Virus record (IMG/VR): IMGVR_UViG_3300011116_001227
Length of the DNA stretch: 64,000 nt
DNA from: a virus
Lineage: Duplodnaviria; Caudoviricetes
Reading direction: 5' to 3' (one strand)
In this document: piece after piece, positions 20,144 to 29,627 of the stretch
How the letters are laid out: the number at the start of each line of letters is the position of its first letter
How positions within the stretch are numbered: position 1 is the first letter of the stretch
Notes under the pieces: model-generated
What the model saw: the letters and a program-made list of their open reading frames with translations, nothing else
What the model was told of the DNA's origin: nothing
Databases searched by the model: none
Made by a program: the position numbers and the translations under genes

Positions 20144-21520
20144 TCAAAGAATCTGAGAAGCTAATGTTGCCAGTGCAGATCTTTCGCCCTTTAATAAAGT
20201 CACATGCCCTGAAACATCGTAATCTTTAAATTTTTCAATTGCGTGCGTAAGACCATTTGTAAAAGAATCAACGTGAACATTGTCAATTTGTTCAAGATCA
20301 CCAGTTAAAACTATCTTCGATCCTTCTCCAGCACGTGTGATGATAGTCTTAAGCTCATGAGTTGATAAATTTTGTGCTTCATCAATGATGATGAATGCAT
20401 TAGGAATAGATCTTCCTCTGATATAAGTAATTGCTTCTATTTCTATTAGGCCCTTCTGCTGCATTAACTCTAGATAAGGATCTGAAAAGAATGTTTGTTG
20501 ATCTTCTGGCTTCTTCTTTCTATTTCTTGCAGTCATCTTTTTTCCAGCAGCAGAGCAAAGTAGATATTCAAGATTATCTCTGACTGGAGCGATCCACGGC
20601 TCCATCTTTTCCGCTAAAGTTCCTGGAAGGAATCCAATGTCCTTGCCGACAGCATGAATAGGTCTAGACACTATTAACTTTTGATAAATTCCATTTGTCC
20701 CTATTGACTCTAATTGATCTAGTCCAGCTGCTAGTGCAAGAAGCGTCTTGCCACATCCTGCTCTTCCTGAGAGAGTCACTAATTTTATGTTAGGATTCAT
20801 CAGAAGATCAATAGAAAAATGTTGTTCTTTATTCCTTGGCCTTACACCAAAGATATTCTCGAATTTTTGTAGATGAACAAGAGAGCCGCTAGAATCAACT
20901 CTGCAGAGAGCTGAATTGACGTTTGTGTCTAGAGACTTAAGAACAAAAATTTGATTTGGATAAAATTTATCTTCAACTACTTCAGCAGCTTTTTTTGTCA
21001 TACCGCTGTAGAATTCTTTAATAAACTCTGAAGTAGTTGTAACAACTTTAACGCCTGAATATAAAGCATCAAAGCTTTCAGAGACCCTTTGACTTAAATA
21101 GTCTTGCGCCTCAATCGATAGAGACGAGCATTTAACTCTAACATTGATGTCCTTAGAAACCAAGAAAACTGGATTAGTACTTGTTTTCTTCATTGCTAAG
21201 GCAAAGTTAATGATCATATTGTCAACAGAAGTCGGTTCAAGTAATTCTTGCGGTGTTTCTGTTTGAACACTTGTCATTACTTTTAGAGTTCCACCGGTAG
21301 GAAGCTCCACTCCTTCTTTTAAAGACTTTCCTTTAGAAAGAGAGTCTAAGAGTCTAATAACTTCTCTACAATTTCTTCCAACTTCATCAGAACGTGTCTT
21401 GTGTTTATCAAGCTCTTCCAAGACCAACATTGGAATAATGAGGTCATTATCTTTAAAATTGTTAAAACAGTTTGGATCACTCAGTAAAACGTTTGTGTCT
21501 AGTATGTAGGTTTTTCTCAT
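20144..21520 (-). CDS. phoH: PIN + PhoH-family ATPase (PhoH2/YlaK type)
   Basis: YILDTNVLL PIN motif; GRAGCGKT Walker A; RGRS, IIIDEAQN, LTGDLEQID. Confidence 0.92.
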   Translation of the reverse strand: MRKTYILDTNVLLSDPNCFNNFKDNDLIIPMLVLEELDKHKTRSDEVGRNCREVIRLLDSLSKGKSLKEGVELPTGGTLKVMTSVQTETPQELLEPTSVDNMIINFALAMKKTSTNPVFLVSKDINVRVKCSSLSIEAQDYLSQRVSESFDALYSGVKVVTTTSEFIKEFYSGMTKKAAEVVEDKFYPNQIFVLKSLDTNVNSALCRVDSSGSLVHLQKFENIFGVRPRNKEQHFSIDLLMNPNIKLVTLSGRAGCGKTLLALAAGLDQLESIGTNGIYQKLIVSRPIHAVGKDIGFLPGTLAEKMEPWIAPVRDNLEYLLCSAAGKKMTARNRKKKPEDQQTFFSDPYLELMQQKGLIEIEAITYIRGRSIPNAFIIIDEAQNLSTHELKTIITRAGEGSKIVLTGDLEQIDNVHVDSFTNGLTHAIEKFKDYDVSGHVTLLKGERSALATLASQIL

Positions 21521-21580
21521 GAATCTGATCGTCTCTTGTACAAGACTGTGTCTTAGATAAAATATACTGTTTAGAGGAAG

Positions 21581-21850
21581 ATGTCACATAAAATAGAAAA
21601 ACAAAGATTACCAGTTATCGAACAGACATGTTTTGAAGTTAGCGAAAAATTTAATTGCAATTGTCAGAAAAAATCTTGCAATCAATGGATACCTTATGAG
21701 AAAGGAAATAATTGTATTTTGGTGACCACAAGAAAAGGTCCCCTAACCCTTAGAGAGATAGGGGACATTTATGGTTTGACTAGAATGAGAATCTGTCAAA
21801 TAGAAAAGAAAATCTATAAGAAAATAAAAGAGCACATCGTAATGGTGTGA
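21581..21850 (+). CDS. Small Cys-rich protein with sigma70 region-4-like HTH
   Basis: LTLREIGDIYGLTRMRICQIEKK; AGAGGA Shine-Dalgarno-like sequence upstream. Confidence 0.7.
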   Translation: MSHKIEKQRLPVIEQTCFEVSEKFNCNCQKKSCNQWIPYEKGNNCILVTTRKGPLTLREIGDIYGLTRMRICQIEKKIYKKIKEHIVMV

Positions 21851-21851
21851 C

Positions 21852-22121
21852 TTATTCTTTAGACTTGACTTTCTTTTTTGTTACTTTTGCTGTTGACTGT
21901 TCATTCTGCTCAAGAGTCTCTAATTGATCTTGGGCAGTTTTTTCTATTTCCGAATTATCATCATTAGATGATTTTTCGTCTTTTGTAATAGATACAGTTT
22001 CAACAGACACAACTTCTTGTTGTAATTGAATAAATTTACCATCAGAGTAATAAAATGGTTTAGATGGATCAATTCCTTCAAGAGCCAATTGTCTTAATAC
22101 TGTAAGTTGATGTCTACTCAT
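21852..22121 (-). CDS. Hypothetical protein
   Basis: ORF in operon-like spacing; low-complexity charged C-terminus. Confidence 0.5.
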   Translation of the reverse strand: MSRHQLTVLRQLALEGIDPSKPFYYSDGKFIQLQQEVVSVETVSITKDEKSSNDDNSEIEKTAQDQLETLEQNEQSTAKVTKKKVKSKE

Positions 22122-22139
22122 AAAACACAGTCCAACTAA

Positions 22140-22343
22140 TCAGTCTTCAGTCTTTTTAGACTTGTCGTTCTCAAGAGTTAACTTCACAAGATCCTTAGAG
22201 GATGTTGCTAATTGACGAAGTCCTTTTCTAACTCGAACACCAGCTGCTGCAACTCCCTTTACGTTCTTTGCAACATCAACCTCGAGTGCTTCGACAAGAC
22301 CCTTTAATTCATTCCACTTGCTTAAAATTGTTTCAGATGACAT
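22140..22343 (-). CDS. Histone H1-like Hc1-family nucleoid protein
   Basis: LVEALEVDVAKNVKGVAAAGVRVRKGLRQL resembles the Hc1 core; GGAGG Shine-Dalgarno upstream. Confidence 0.65.
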   Translation of the reverse strand: MSSETILSKWNELKGLVEALEVDVAKNVKGVAAAGVRVRKGLRQLATSSKDLVKLTLENDKSKKTED

Positions 22344-22412
22344 TTATTATTAACCTCCAATGGTCAATATAAACATAGCTGACTTATGTGTAAATGTCTC
22401 TAAAGTAATTTA

Positions 22413-24068
22413 TTAGACAACTTTACCAATGTGTCCTTCAAACATCCTCTTGTTTTTATTAAAAAAATTTGTCCAGTCTGAGTCAAGAATGTATGAAATT
22501 GCAAAATCATTCTCATTTCTAATGGATCTTCCCAAAGACTGAATTAATGATTTTGCTGTAGCATAGGAATACCAAGTCTCATTCTTTTCTAGTCTCTTTT
22601 TAACAACTTCGTCACCTAGATAAGGAAAAGGAACCTTGCAAATAATCTGAAATCTACTTAAATTATCTGAAAGATCTACTCCCTCCATCATAGATGGGCT
22701 AATTAAAACTGTTGGATTTTCGCTGTTAATGTGATCTTTTAAGATTTTATCTCTATTGGATACATCATGCGACAAGAGACGATCAGACTTAATTGAATCA
22801 ATGAGATATTTTGAAATCTTATAGTTGACCGTGTGAATGATTCCCTTTTCTTCTTTGTGTTTATCAAGCAACAATTTTATTGCTTCAACAAGAATCGGTA
22901 AAGTCGAATCAATCTTATTCTTAGACATGCTTCCAACAGGCATAAAATGAATAGGCCTGTTTTCGTCAGAAAAAGGGCTATGCTTTTTCATATAAGCGAC
23001 GTCTGAAGGTTTTAGACCAATAGACTCACAAAAAATATCTTTGTCAACTATTGTAGCTGACATCATAAGAATTTTAGGTGCTTTTGAAAAGAGATGTTTT
23101 TCACAATAAGGAGAAACATCAACAGTTTTAAACTCAAACCTACTCATTATATTTGTGGTCTTTCCTTGACTGTACAATTTCTTTTCTAGGTTCATTACCC
23201 AACTTTTTGGATTATAAACTTCGATAAATTTTTCAACTTTTTCTTGATGCTTTTGAATCATCTCATAATTTTTAGAAGCATCTTTACACTTATTAAGTGA
23301 AGTTGTATTTTTCTTTAAAGTCGACTCAAGTTTTTCAGAATACTTCTTGAGAGATTTTAAATAAGAAGTTTTAATCCAATCAAAAATAGATTTTTGATCT
23401 TGAGACTTTGGTGGTTTAATCTTTAAGACATCATTTGAAAATTTTTCTGAAAAACTTACTTCAATAAACCTACCGACTTCTGACTCTACATTGTGTGCTT
23501 CGTCAATTACTAATAATCCTCTAGAACCAAGCTTACCTGAATAAGAAGTCTCTGCCAAAAAATAAGAAAAATTAGTAATTGAAACGGATGAATCAATAAA
23601 TTCTTGTTTTTCTTGACTATACTGACATTGCTTTGTGCAATGATTCTGAAATTCTGTTCCACTTAAATTCTTAGCAAGTCTACTAAGCAACATCTTAGAT
23701 TCTGCACAAGACTGGTCATCGTAAAAAGAGCAAGTATAGTTTGAAGATGACTTTATAGTTCTAAGAACAGGAAGTTTTGATCCTGGTCCAAAATCACGAA
23801 CATACTGTTCTTGAAGAATCTTTTGAGTAGTTAAAACGTACGCTCCCGTTAAAGAATCTCCATTTTCGTCTTTGATAGTAGGAAAATTATTTTCAAGATA
23901 TCTTGCTATTGTAATTCCAATTGCAGATTTTCCAGTGCCAGTTCCTAGCTCTAGAAGAACATATTTCTTTCCTGACTCATAAGAATCAATAGCAAATTCA
24001 ATTGCTTCTTTCTGTTCTTTTCTAATCTCTTTAAAAGGAAAATAACTTCTATAATCGTGTAGAGGCAT
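22413..24068 (-). CDS. DinG/XPD-like superfamily 2 helicase
   Basis: ELGTGTGKS, IDEAHN, MSAT, EGVDL, KVPFPYL, QSLGRSIR; Cys residues in Fe-S region. Confidence 0.88.
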   Translation of the reverse strand: MPLHDYRSYFPFKEIRKEQKEAIEFAIDSYESGKKYVLLELGTGTGKSAIGITIARYLENNFPTIKDENGDSLTGAYVLTTQKILQEQYVRDFGPGSKLPVLRTIKSSSNYTCSFYDDQSCAESKMLLSRLAKNLSGTEFQNHCTKQCQYSQEKQEFIDSSVSITNFSYFLAETSYSGKLGSRGLLVIDEAHNVESEVGRFIEVSFSEKFSNDVLKIKPPKSQDQKSIFDWIKTSYLKSLKKYSEKLESTLKKNTTSLNKCKDASKNYEMIQKHQEKVEKFIEVYNPKSWVMNLEKKLYSQGKTTNIMSRFEFKTVDVSPYCEKHLFSKAPKILMMSATIVDKDIFCESIGLKPSDVAYMKKHSPFSDENRPIHFMPVGSMSKNKIDSTLPILVEAIKLLLDKHKEEKGIIHTVNYKISKYLIDSIKSDRLLSHDVSNRDKILKDHINSENPTVLISPSMMEGVDLSDNLSRFQIICKVPFPYLGDEVVKKRLEKNETWYSYATAKSLIQSLGRSIRNENDFAISYILDSDWTNFFNKNKRMFEGHIGKVV

Positions 24069-24111
24069 TCAAAATACAAACTATACAGCAATTTAAAGAA
24101 TTACAATTCTT

Positions 24112-24717
24112 TTAGTCACCTATAATCTTGTCTACAATTCCCATTTCTATAGCTTGCTGCGGTGAAAGGTATACATCGTGACCCTTCTTCATTAATTTTT
24201 CAATTTCTACTTTAGAAAGTTTTGTTTCTTTTGAAATTGCATCTACCATTTGATCTTGAAGACGTTTGCTTTCTTCAACATCGTTCATAATTTCAAAAAT
24301 ATTTCCTTGTGCCCCACCAGAAATTGGGTGCATCATAATTCTTGCTGACCTACCAATCATTCTAGTTCCCTTTTCTCCTGAGGCTAGAAGAAGAACTCCT
24401 GCTGACATGACCTTACCCAATGCAATTGTATGAACTGGACATGGTAGGAATTTTATCGTGTCGTACAACGTAAACATTTCGTCTACAGAACCGCCGTAAG
24501 TAGAAATAACAAGATGAATTGGATTGTGATTTTGACTAGCTAAATGAAGCATTTGTGCCATGACTGACGAAATAGATTGCTCATTAACATCACAATGAAG
24601 AATGACTAGACGAGAACTATCACCTGCATGAATCATCATTCCAGATGATTCATATTCATATGTGCTTCTTCTTGAATGAGTCTTTTTATTAGTTGGTGGT
24701 GTATATTCTCTTCCCAT
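24112..24717 (-). CDS. clpP: ClpP-family serine protease
   Basis: ISTYGGSV, MSAG (Ser), IMMHP (His), HDVYLSPQQAIEMGIVD (Asp). Confidence 0.9.
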   Translation of the reverse strand: MGREYTPPTNKKTHSRRSTYEYESSGMMIHAGDSSRLVILHCDVNEQSISSVMAQMLHLASQNHNPIHLVISTYGGSVDEMFTLYDTIKFLPCPVHTIALGKVMSAGVLLLASGEKGTRMIGRSARIMMHPISGGAQGNIFEIMNDVEESKRLQDQMVDAISKETKLSKVEIEKLMKKGHDVYLSPQQAIEMGIVDKIIGD

Positions 24718-24718
24718 T

Positions 24719-24991
24719 TTATTTCTCTACTTCCTGTTCAGTCCAGTTATCTTCACCTGTAGCATAAAGTTTTGACACAAATATATCTTTTTCTTTCTTG
24801 CTCTTGATGAAATTAACCATTTCTTTCATGTCTTGGACGTCTTCTATCTCTAAACTTAAGAGATGAATCACCATCCACCTTTGTCTGTCGCTAATTCCAA
24901 ATTTGTTTATTTCGTCTACAATTTGAACTGCTACTTTTTTATCTTCAGCAATCTTTTCTGTCTGTAATTCGCCGTATAAAGATTGATTCAT
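24719..24991 (-). CDS. Hypothetical protein
   Basis: ORF abutting clpP. Confidence 0.5.
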   Translation of the reverse strand: MNQSLYGELQTEKIAEDKKVAVQIVDEINKFGISDRQRWMVIHLLSLEIEDVQDMKEMVNFIKSKKEKDIFVSKLYATGEDNWTEQEVEK

Positions 24992-25010
24992 AACAACACC
25001 ATAATTTGTA

Positions 25011-25523
25011 TTAGAAGTAATCGTTTCTAGAAAAATTTTCTATCTTAAAGAAATTTTCGCCTAAAATTCTTAGATATTTTCCTTGTCTAGTGTCTCCGTC
25101 ATCTTCTTGTTCTAAAAGAACAAATGCACCCCAATCTTTATTTTCTATTGCAAAATTTGCCTGTTCCCATACATGTAGTTCAGCTTTATATCTTTCTAAG
25201 ATAGAAGCTAGATCTTTTATCATTGAAAGTTTAATATCTTCAATTGATATGATTGAAGACGCATTTTCTTTACCGCTTTGAATTTCTGAAGTACAGATGT
25301 CAGTAATCTTATGAATTATTCCACAATTATTACATTGAGCGTACTTAATATCAACATTATCAGACTCATCAATAATTGAGAAAACAATAAATTTATGACG
25401 AACAGGATCTGTAGCGTTCTTAAATTGAGGAAGCACACATCTACATTGTATTAGATGTCTAAATCCTCTCTTTGTCTTAGACGTTTCTAAGACTTCTTTT
25501 TTTGCAATCTTTTTTTTAGCCAC
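25011..25523 (-). CDS. Hypothetical protein with possible Zn-binding Cys (CRC...CNNC...C)
   Basis: ORF track; GTG start; Cys pattern. Confidence 0.5.
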   Translation of the reverse strand: MAKKKIAKKEVLETSKTKRGFRHLIQCRCVLPQFKNATDPVRHKFIVFSIIDESDNVDIKYAQCNNCGIIHKITDICTSEIQSGKENASSIISIEDIKLSMIKDLASILERYKAELHVWEQANFAIENKDWGAFVLLEQEDDGDTRQGKYLRILGENFFKIENFSRNDYF

Positions 25524-25526
25524 GCT

Positions 25527-25826
25527 TCATTTCTTGCTTAAAGTCTTCTTATTTTCAGTCTCAAAATTAGAAGTTTGATTTAAATTTACTAGCTTCTGAA
25601 CTTGACCATGAAAGCTATTAAATCCTTTTTGAAATGAATTTTCTAGAGCGCTTCCAACTAGCGTCGTAATTGTTCTTAAGTCATTTTCATTTAGAGTAAG
25701 ATTACCCTTAGAAGTTTCGTCAACAATTGTTTTGACAGCATGATCTTTTGAGTAAGTAAATAAATCAAGAGCTTCTTTACAAATTTTGTCTGCGTTATTC
25801 ATGGTTGTAATCAGATAATAAGGCAA
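25527..25826 (-). CDS. Hypothetical protein
   Basis: ORF in operon-like spacing; exact start uncertain. Confidence 0.45.
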   Translation of the reverse strand: MPYYLITTMNNADKICKEALDLFTYSKDHAVKTIVDETSKGNLTLNENDLRTITTLVGSALENSFQKGFNSFHGQVQKLVNLNQTSNFETENKKTLSKK

Positions 25827-25844
25827 TTATTGATGAAGTAAAGG

Positions 25845-26987
25845 TCATAATATTTCTCCAATATTGTTAATAACAGCTTCTAGTTTAACAGAGAATTCTT
25901 TCGCATGCTTTTCAGCATCTATCCTCTTACTCATTGCAGCTGTAATAAGCCTAATTCCTTCATCAATCTCTTGTGAAAAAGAGTAAAAGTTAATGTCGTC
26001 TGGAATTGCAATGTCTATGCTGTTTGCTGACAATGACTTTATTCTTTTAAAAATAAATTCTTTAGATTCTTCTCTTGAATCTTCAGCTTTCTTTTTTAAT
26101 CTATCTATATGAGACCTAACGACATCAGTTGTTCTAGAATTTTTTAAAAGTATTCCATCATTTATGATCAACATAGAATCAATGTCTCTTAAATTAGACA
26201 CATTAATAGAAGATATTAGTTCACCTTTAAGACAAGACACAACATCACAACCCGCAACCACTGCAATATCAACAAGAGTATTGACGTTTTCTACGTCAAA
26301 TTGAACTTTAAACGGAAAACACGTCAGAGATTCTCTGTTGTTATTTACACTAATTGTATTCAAAACATCATCGGACATTCCTCTACAGAATATAGCTAAG
26401 GGTCGACCGGTCTCGTTCGTAGAAAAATGCTGGAATAAATGGTGAAGTTCAGAAACGTCTTCTACAAAACCGTCAATGCACACAGCTTTTAAAGACTTTA
26501 TATGACTTCTTTTTTGTTTGACTAAACTTTCAACATTAAAATGATAGCTGTTTGAAGATTCTATAAAAGTCTTATCGTTGATAGACTTTTTTAATTTTAT
26601 TCTCGTATGAGCATGACATAAAGTTAAAACTTCTTTCAATAAAGAAGAAGACTTTAAAGTTAGATTTAAGCGATCTATTTCTTTCTCTAGATCTTTTTTA
26701 GTCTTTGGTACATCTTTTTTCAGAGATAATTCTAAACTGATACCAGAAAATATTTTTATCATCTCAGATCCAGCACCAGGACACGAACGTTCAGATTTTT
26801 CTGCAAAGTCTAAGATTATCTCAAATAATTTTTGTGTCTTCTTATCTGAAAATCGCTTGCAAAAAAGATGTTGCAACTTTCTTTGTGATCTAAGAGATCC
26901 ATCTTTTTCAAATTTTAGAGAAAATTCTACATTTGAATTTTCTTTTAAAAATGATTTAATACAAGAAATTTCTTTAAAGTTAGACAC
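25845..26987 (-). CDS. Degenerate, truncated GroEL-like chaperonin
   Basis: Apical domain recognisable (CIDGFVEDVSELHHL, RPLAIFCRGMSDDVLNTISVN, LVDIAVVAGCDVVS, KRIKSL); no GDGTTT; 380 aa only. Confidence 0.7.
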   Translation of the reverse strand: MSNFKEISCIKSFLKENSNVEFSLKFEKDGSLRSQRKLQHLFCKRFSDKKTQKLFEIILDFAEKSERSCPGAGSEMIKIFSGISLELSLKKDVPKTKKDLEKEIDRLNLTLKSSSLLKEVLTLCHAHTRIKLKKSINDKTFIESSNSYHFNVESLVKQKRSHIKSLKAVCIDGFVEDVSELHHLFQHFSTNETGRPLAIFCRGMSDDVLNTISVNNNRESLTCFPFKVQFDVENVNTLVDIAVVAGCDVVSCLKGELISSINVSNLRDIDSMLIINDGILLKNSRTTDVVRSHIDRLKKKAEDSREESKEFIFKRIKSLSANSIDIAIPDDINFYSFSQEIDEGIRLITAAMSKRIDAEKHAKEFSVKLEAVINNIGEIL

Positions 26988-26995
26988 TAAAAATC

Positions 26996-27025
26996 AGTGT
27001 ACAACTTTTGTAGATTCTTTTACAA
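26996..27025 (-). promoter_or_regulatory. Candidate sigma70-type promoter TTGTAA-N18-TACACT
   Basis: Read from sequence; -10 box ends 8 nt before the GTG at 26987. Confidence 0.5.
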
Positions 27026-27031
27026 GAATTT

Positions 27032-27589
27032 TTATAATTTTGTCTCAAGCCATTTAAACAAAAGCGTCAAAGCACCGCCGGCTATTGCTACTACAACCCA
27101 CCTCACTGCACCAGAAATAGAATTTTTACTTTCTTGAAGATCTTCAACATTTTTTTCTAAAGCTACAATCTTTTCAGAAGACTCTTCAGAGATTGTTTCA
27201 AGCTTTACGTCTTCTTTGTCTTTTTGTTTTTTCCACTCATTGATCTCTATTAGCTTTTGTTCGGTTTCATTAATTTTACTAACTGTCTCTGCAGTTGTCG
27301 TATTAATCTTAGAAAAAATTCCATCGTGTGGATCGTAGATTGCATCGTGAATTTTGTCGACTTTATCGACTAATTGTTCTTGATTTTGCTCTATTTTTTC
27401 AATTTTAAACATTAAGATATCAAAGCCGCCATTCAAAGCTGCGCTTCCGACTATCTTCTTATGAATATCTTCAAGAACTTTTTTCTTTTGAGCCGCTGGT
27501 CTTTTTGACATTGTTGTTTTTGGACTTGATTTTTTAATTGAAATCTCAGCTGATTTTATTTTTCCATCAGTTAATTTTGACATATACAA
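27032..27589 (-). CDS. Coiled-coil protein with C-terminal transmembrane helix (XhlA/holin-like architecture)
   Basis: Coiled coil then AVRWVVVAIAGGALTLLFKW. Confidence 0.5.
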   Translation of the reverse strand: MYMSKLTDGKIKSAEISIKKSSPKTTMSKRPAAQKKKVLEDIHKKIVGSAALNGGFDILMFKIEKIEQNQEQLVDKVDKIHDAIYDPHDGIFSKINTTTAETVSKINETEQKLIEINEWKKQKDKEDVKLETISEESSEKIVALEKNVEDLQESKNSISGAVRWVVVAIAGGALTLLFKWLETKL

Positions 27590-27722
27590 AGTCTCGCTAG
27601 CGGTTATTTTTAGCTATAAATATCTAGCTTAGTAAGCTATTTAAGCTATTAAATAAGCTAATAAAATTAAATATTTAATAGTTTTTATAAGCTAAATAAA
27701 GCTTTAAGCAAAAGGATTAGCA
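27590..27722. repeat. AT-rich divergent intergenic region with 7 AGCT repeats (mostly TAAGCTA) and a 14-bp palindrome; origin/regulatory candidate
   Basis: AGCT at 27612, 27626, 27635, 27644, 27656, 27690, 27700; ATTAAATATTTAAT at 27666-27679; TATAAATA at 27615-27622. Confidence 0.6.
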
Positions 27723-29627
27723 GTGAACAGCTTTAAAGATACAATATTTGTAAATCCAAATTCTTTGATCGACCCTTCATCAGAAGTAATATTCGTTGCT
27801 GATCTTTTTGTTGAAGATTATGTGGGAGGAGCAGAGTTAACATCTGAAGCCTTGATTGAAGAATCACCTTATAAAATTCAAAAGCTTCATTCTTCAAAAG
27901 TCAATCTGGCGACTCTGGATCAAGGAAAAGAAAAATTTTGGATATTTGGAAATTTTAGTCAATTAAATCCAGAATTACTTCCCAGTATTGTAGCTAATCT
28001 AAGATATTCCGTGCTTGAATACGACTACAAATACTGTAAGTTTAGATCCCCAGAAAAACATCAAGCTGCAACCGGAACATCTTGCGATTGTCACGAAAAT
28101 ATTACAGGAAAGATTGTTTCAGCTTTTTATTACGGCTCAAAGTGCATGTGGTGGATGTCAGAGGCACAAAAGCAAAGATATCTTAGCAAATTTCCTTTCT
28201 TAGCTGAAAAAGACAACATTGTTTTATCCAGCGTCTTTTCAAAAGAAACTCTGGGATACATTACTCACTTAAAACAAAAATCTTCTTCTATTGATAGAAA
28301 AGGATGGATAGTTTTAGGCTCTGATTCTTGGGTAAAAGGTGCTAACGAAGCAAAGAATTGGTGTGAAGAAAATAAAAAACAATACGAAGTCTTGTGGAAT
28401 CTTTCGTATGAAAAGTTACTAGAAAAATTATCAACATCCGAAGGATTTGTCTATCTTCCTTCAGGAGCTGATACTTGTCCTAGAATGGTAATAGAAGCTA
28501 AGCTTCTTGGATGTAAGCTTCATCTCAACGATAATGTCCAGCACAAAAACGAAGAATGGTTTGCAACTGATGACATTCAGTCTATTTCGGATTATCTTTA
28601 TTCATCTCCAGAAGTATTTTGGAAAGCGATTAAGAAAATCAATGATAAAAAATTGACCATTAGCGGATACACAACCACATACAACTGTCTTAAACAAGGA
28701 TATCCTTTTGTAGAGTCTATCAAATCAATGTTACAGTTTTGTAATGAAGTCTGCATAGTAGATGGAGGATCTACAGACGGGACGCTTGATGTTATTTCTA
28801 AATTACAAAGAGAAGACGATAGAATAAAATTTAAAGTTGTAGAAAGAGATTGGAATAATCCTAGATTTGCTGTTTTTGATGGTCAACAAAAGGCAGAGTC
28901 TAGGTCAATGTGCACCGGTGATTTCTGTTGGCAGATGGACTCTGATGAAGTTGTCCATGAAGACGATGCTCAAAAAATTATTGACCTTTGCAAAAAGATT
29001 CCAAACAATATCGATATCGTAGCACTTCCCGTAATTGAATATTGGGGTGGACCTGAAAAAGTTAGATGTGATATTATGCCGTGGAAGTGGAGATTAAGCA
29101 AAAATGCTGCTTATATCACACATGGAATTCCCGTTGAATTACGAGGAAAAGATGATAATGGAAACATGTTTGCAGTTGGCGGAACAGATGGCTGCGACAT
29201 GATTCATAAAGAATCAGGCCAAAGAATTCCTCATGTAACTTTTCACACACCTGAATCAGAATCTGCAAGACAAGCTGCAGTTCAAGGAAACAAAGAAGCA
29301 TTAAACACTTATCAAAATTGGTTTAATGAAGTCGTCAAATCTTTGCCAGGAGTTCATCATTATTCTTGGTACGATATTCCTAGAAAAATGAGACTCTACA
29401 GAGACTACTGGACAAAGCACTGGAATTCTCTTTATAACAAATCTCTTGAAGATACTGCTGAAACGAACATGATGTTTGACATGCCTTGGTCTGAAGTCAC
29501 TGAAGATATGATAGAAGCTAAGGCTAAAGAATTAAAAGAAAAAACAGGCGGATGGATTTGGCACAGCAAGTGGCAGGGACAGTCTATTCCGTTTATTAAA
29601 GTCAATGTATCGGAACCTAAAAAATGA
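27723..29627 (+). CDS. Bifunctional glycosyltransferase (GT-B-like + GT2-like)
   Basis: DTCPRMVIEAKLLG; ISGYTTTYN, IVDGGSTDGT, WQMDSDEV. Confidence 0.8.
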   Translation: MNSFKDTIFVNPNSLIDPSSEVIFVADLFVEDYVGGAELTSEALIEESPYKIQKLHSSKVNLATLDQGKEKFWIFGNFSQLNPELLPSIVANLRYSVLEYDYKYCKFRSPEKHQAATGTSCDCHENITGKIVSAFYYGSKCMWWMSEAQKQRYLSKFPFLAEKDNIVLSSVFSKETLGYITHLKQKSSSIDRKGWIVLGSDSWVKGANEAKNWCEENKKQYEVLWNLSYEKLLEKLSTSEGFVYLPSGADTCPRMVIEAKLLGCKLHLNDNVQHKNEEWFATDDIQSISDYLYSSPEVFWKAIKKINDKKLTISGYTTTYNCLKQGYPFVESIKSMLQFCNEVCIVDGGSTDGTLDVISKLQREDDRIKFKVVERDWNNPRFAVFDGQQKAESRSMCTGDFCWQMDSDEVVHEDDAQKIIDLCKKIPNNIDIVALPVIEYWGGPEKVRCDIMPWKWRLSKNAAYITHGIPVELRGKDDNGNMFAVGGTDGCDMIHKESGQRIPHVTFHTPESESARQAAVQGNKEALNTYQNWFNEVVKSLPGVHHYSWYDIPRKMRLYRDYWTKHWNSLYNKSLEDTAETNMMFDMPWSEVTEDMIEAKAKELKEKTGGWIWHSKWQGQSIPFIKVNVSEPKK

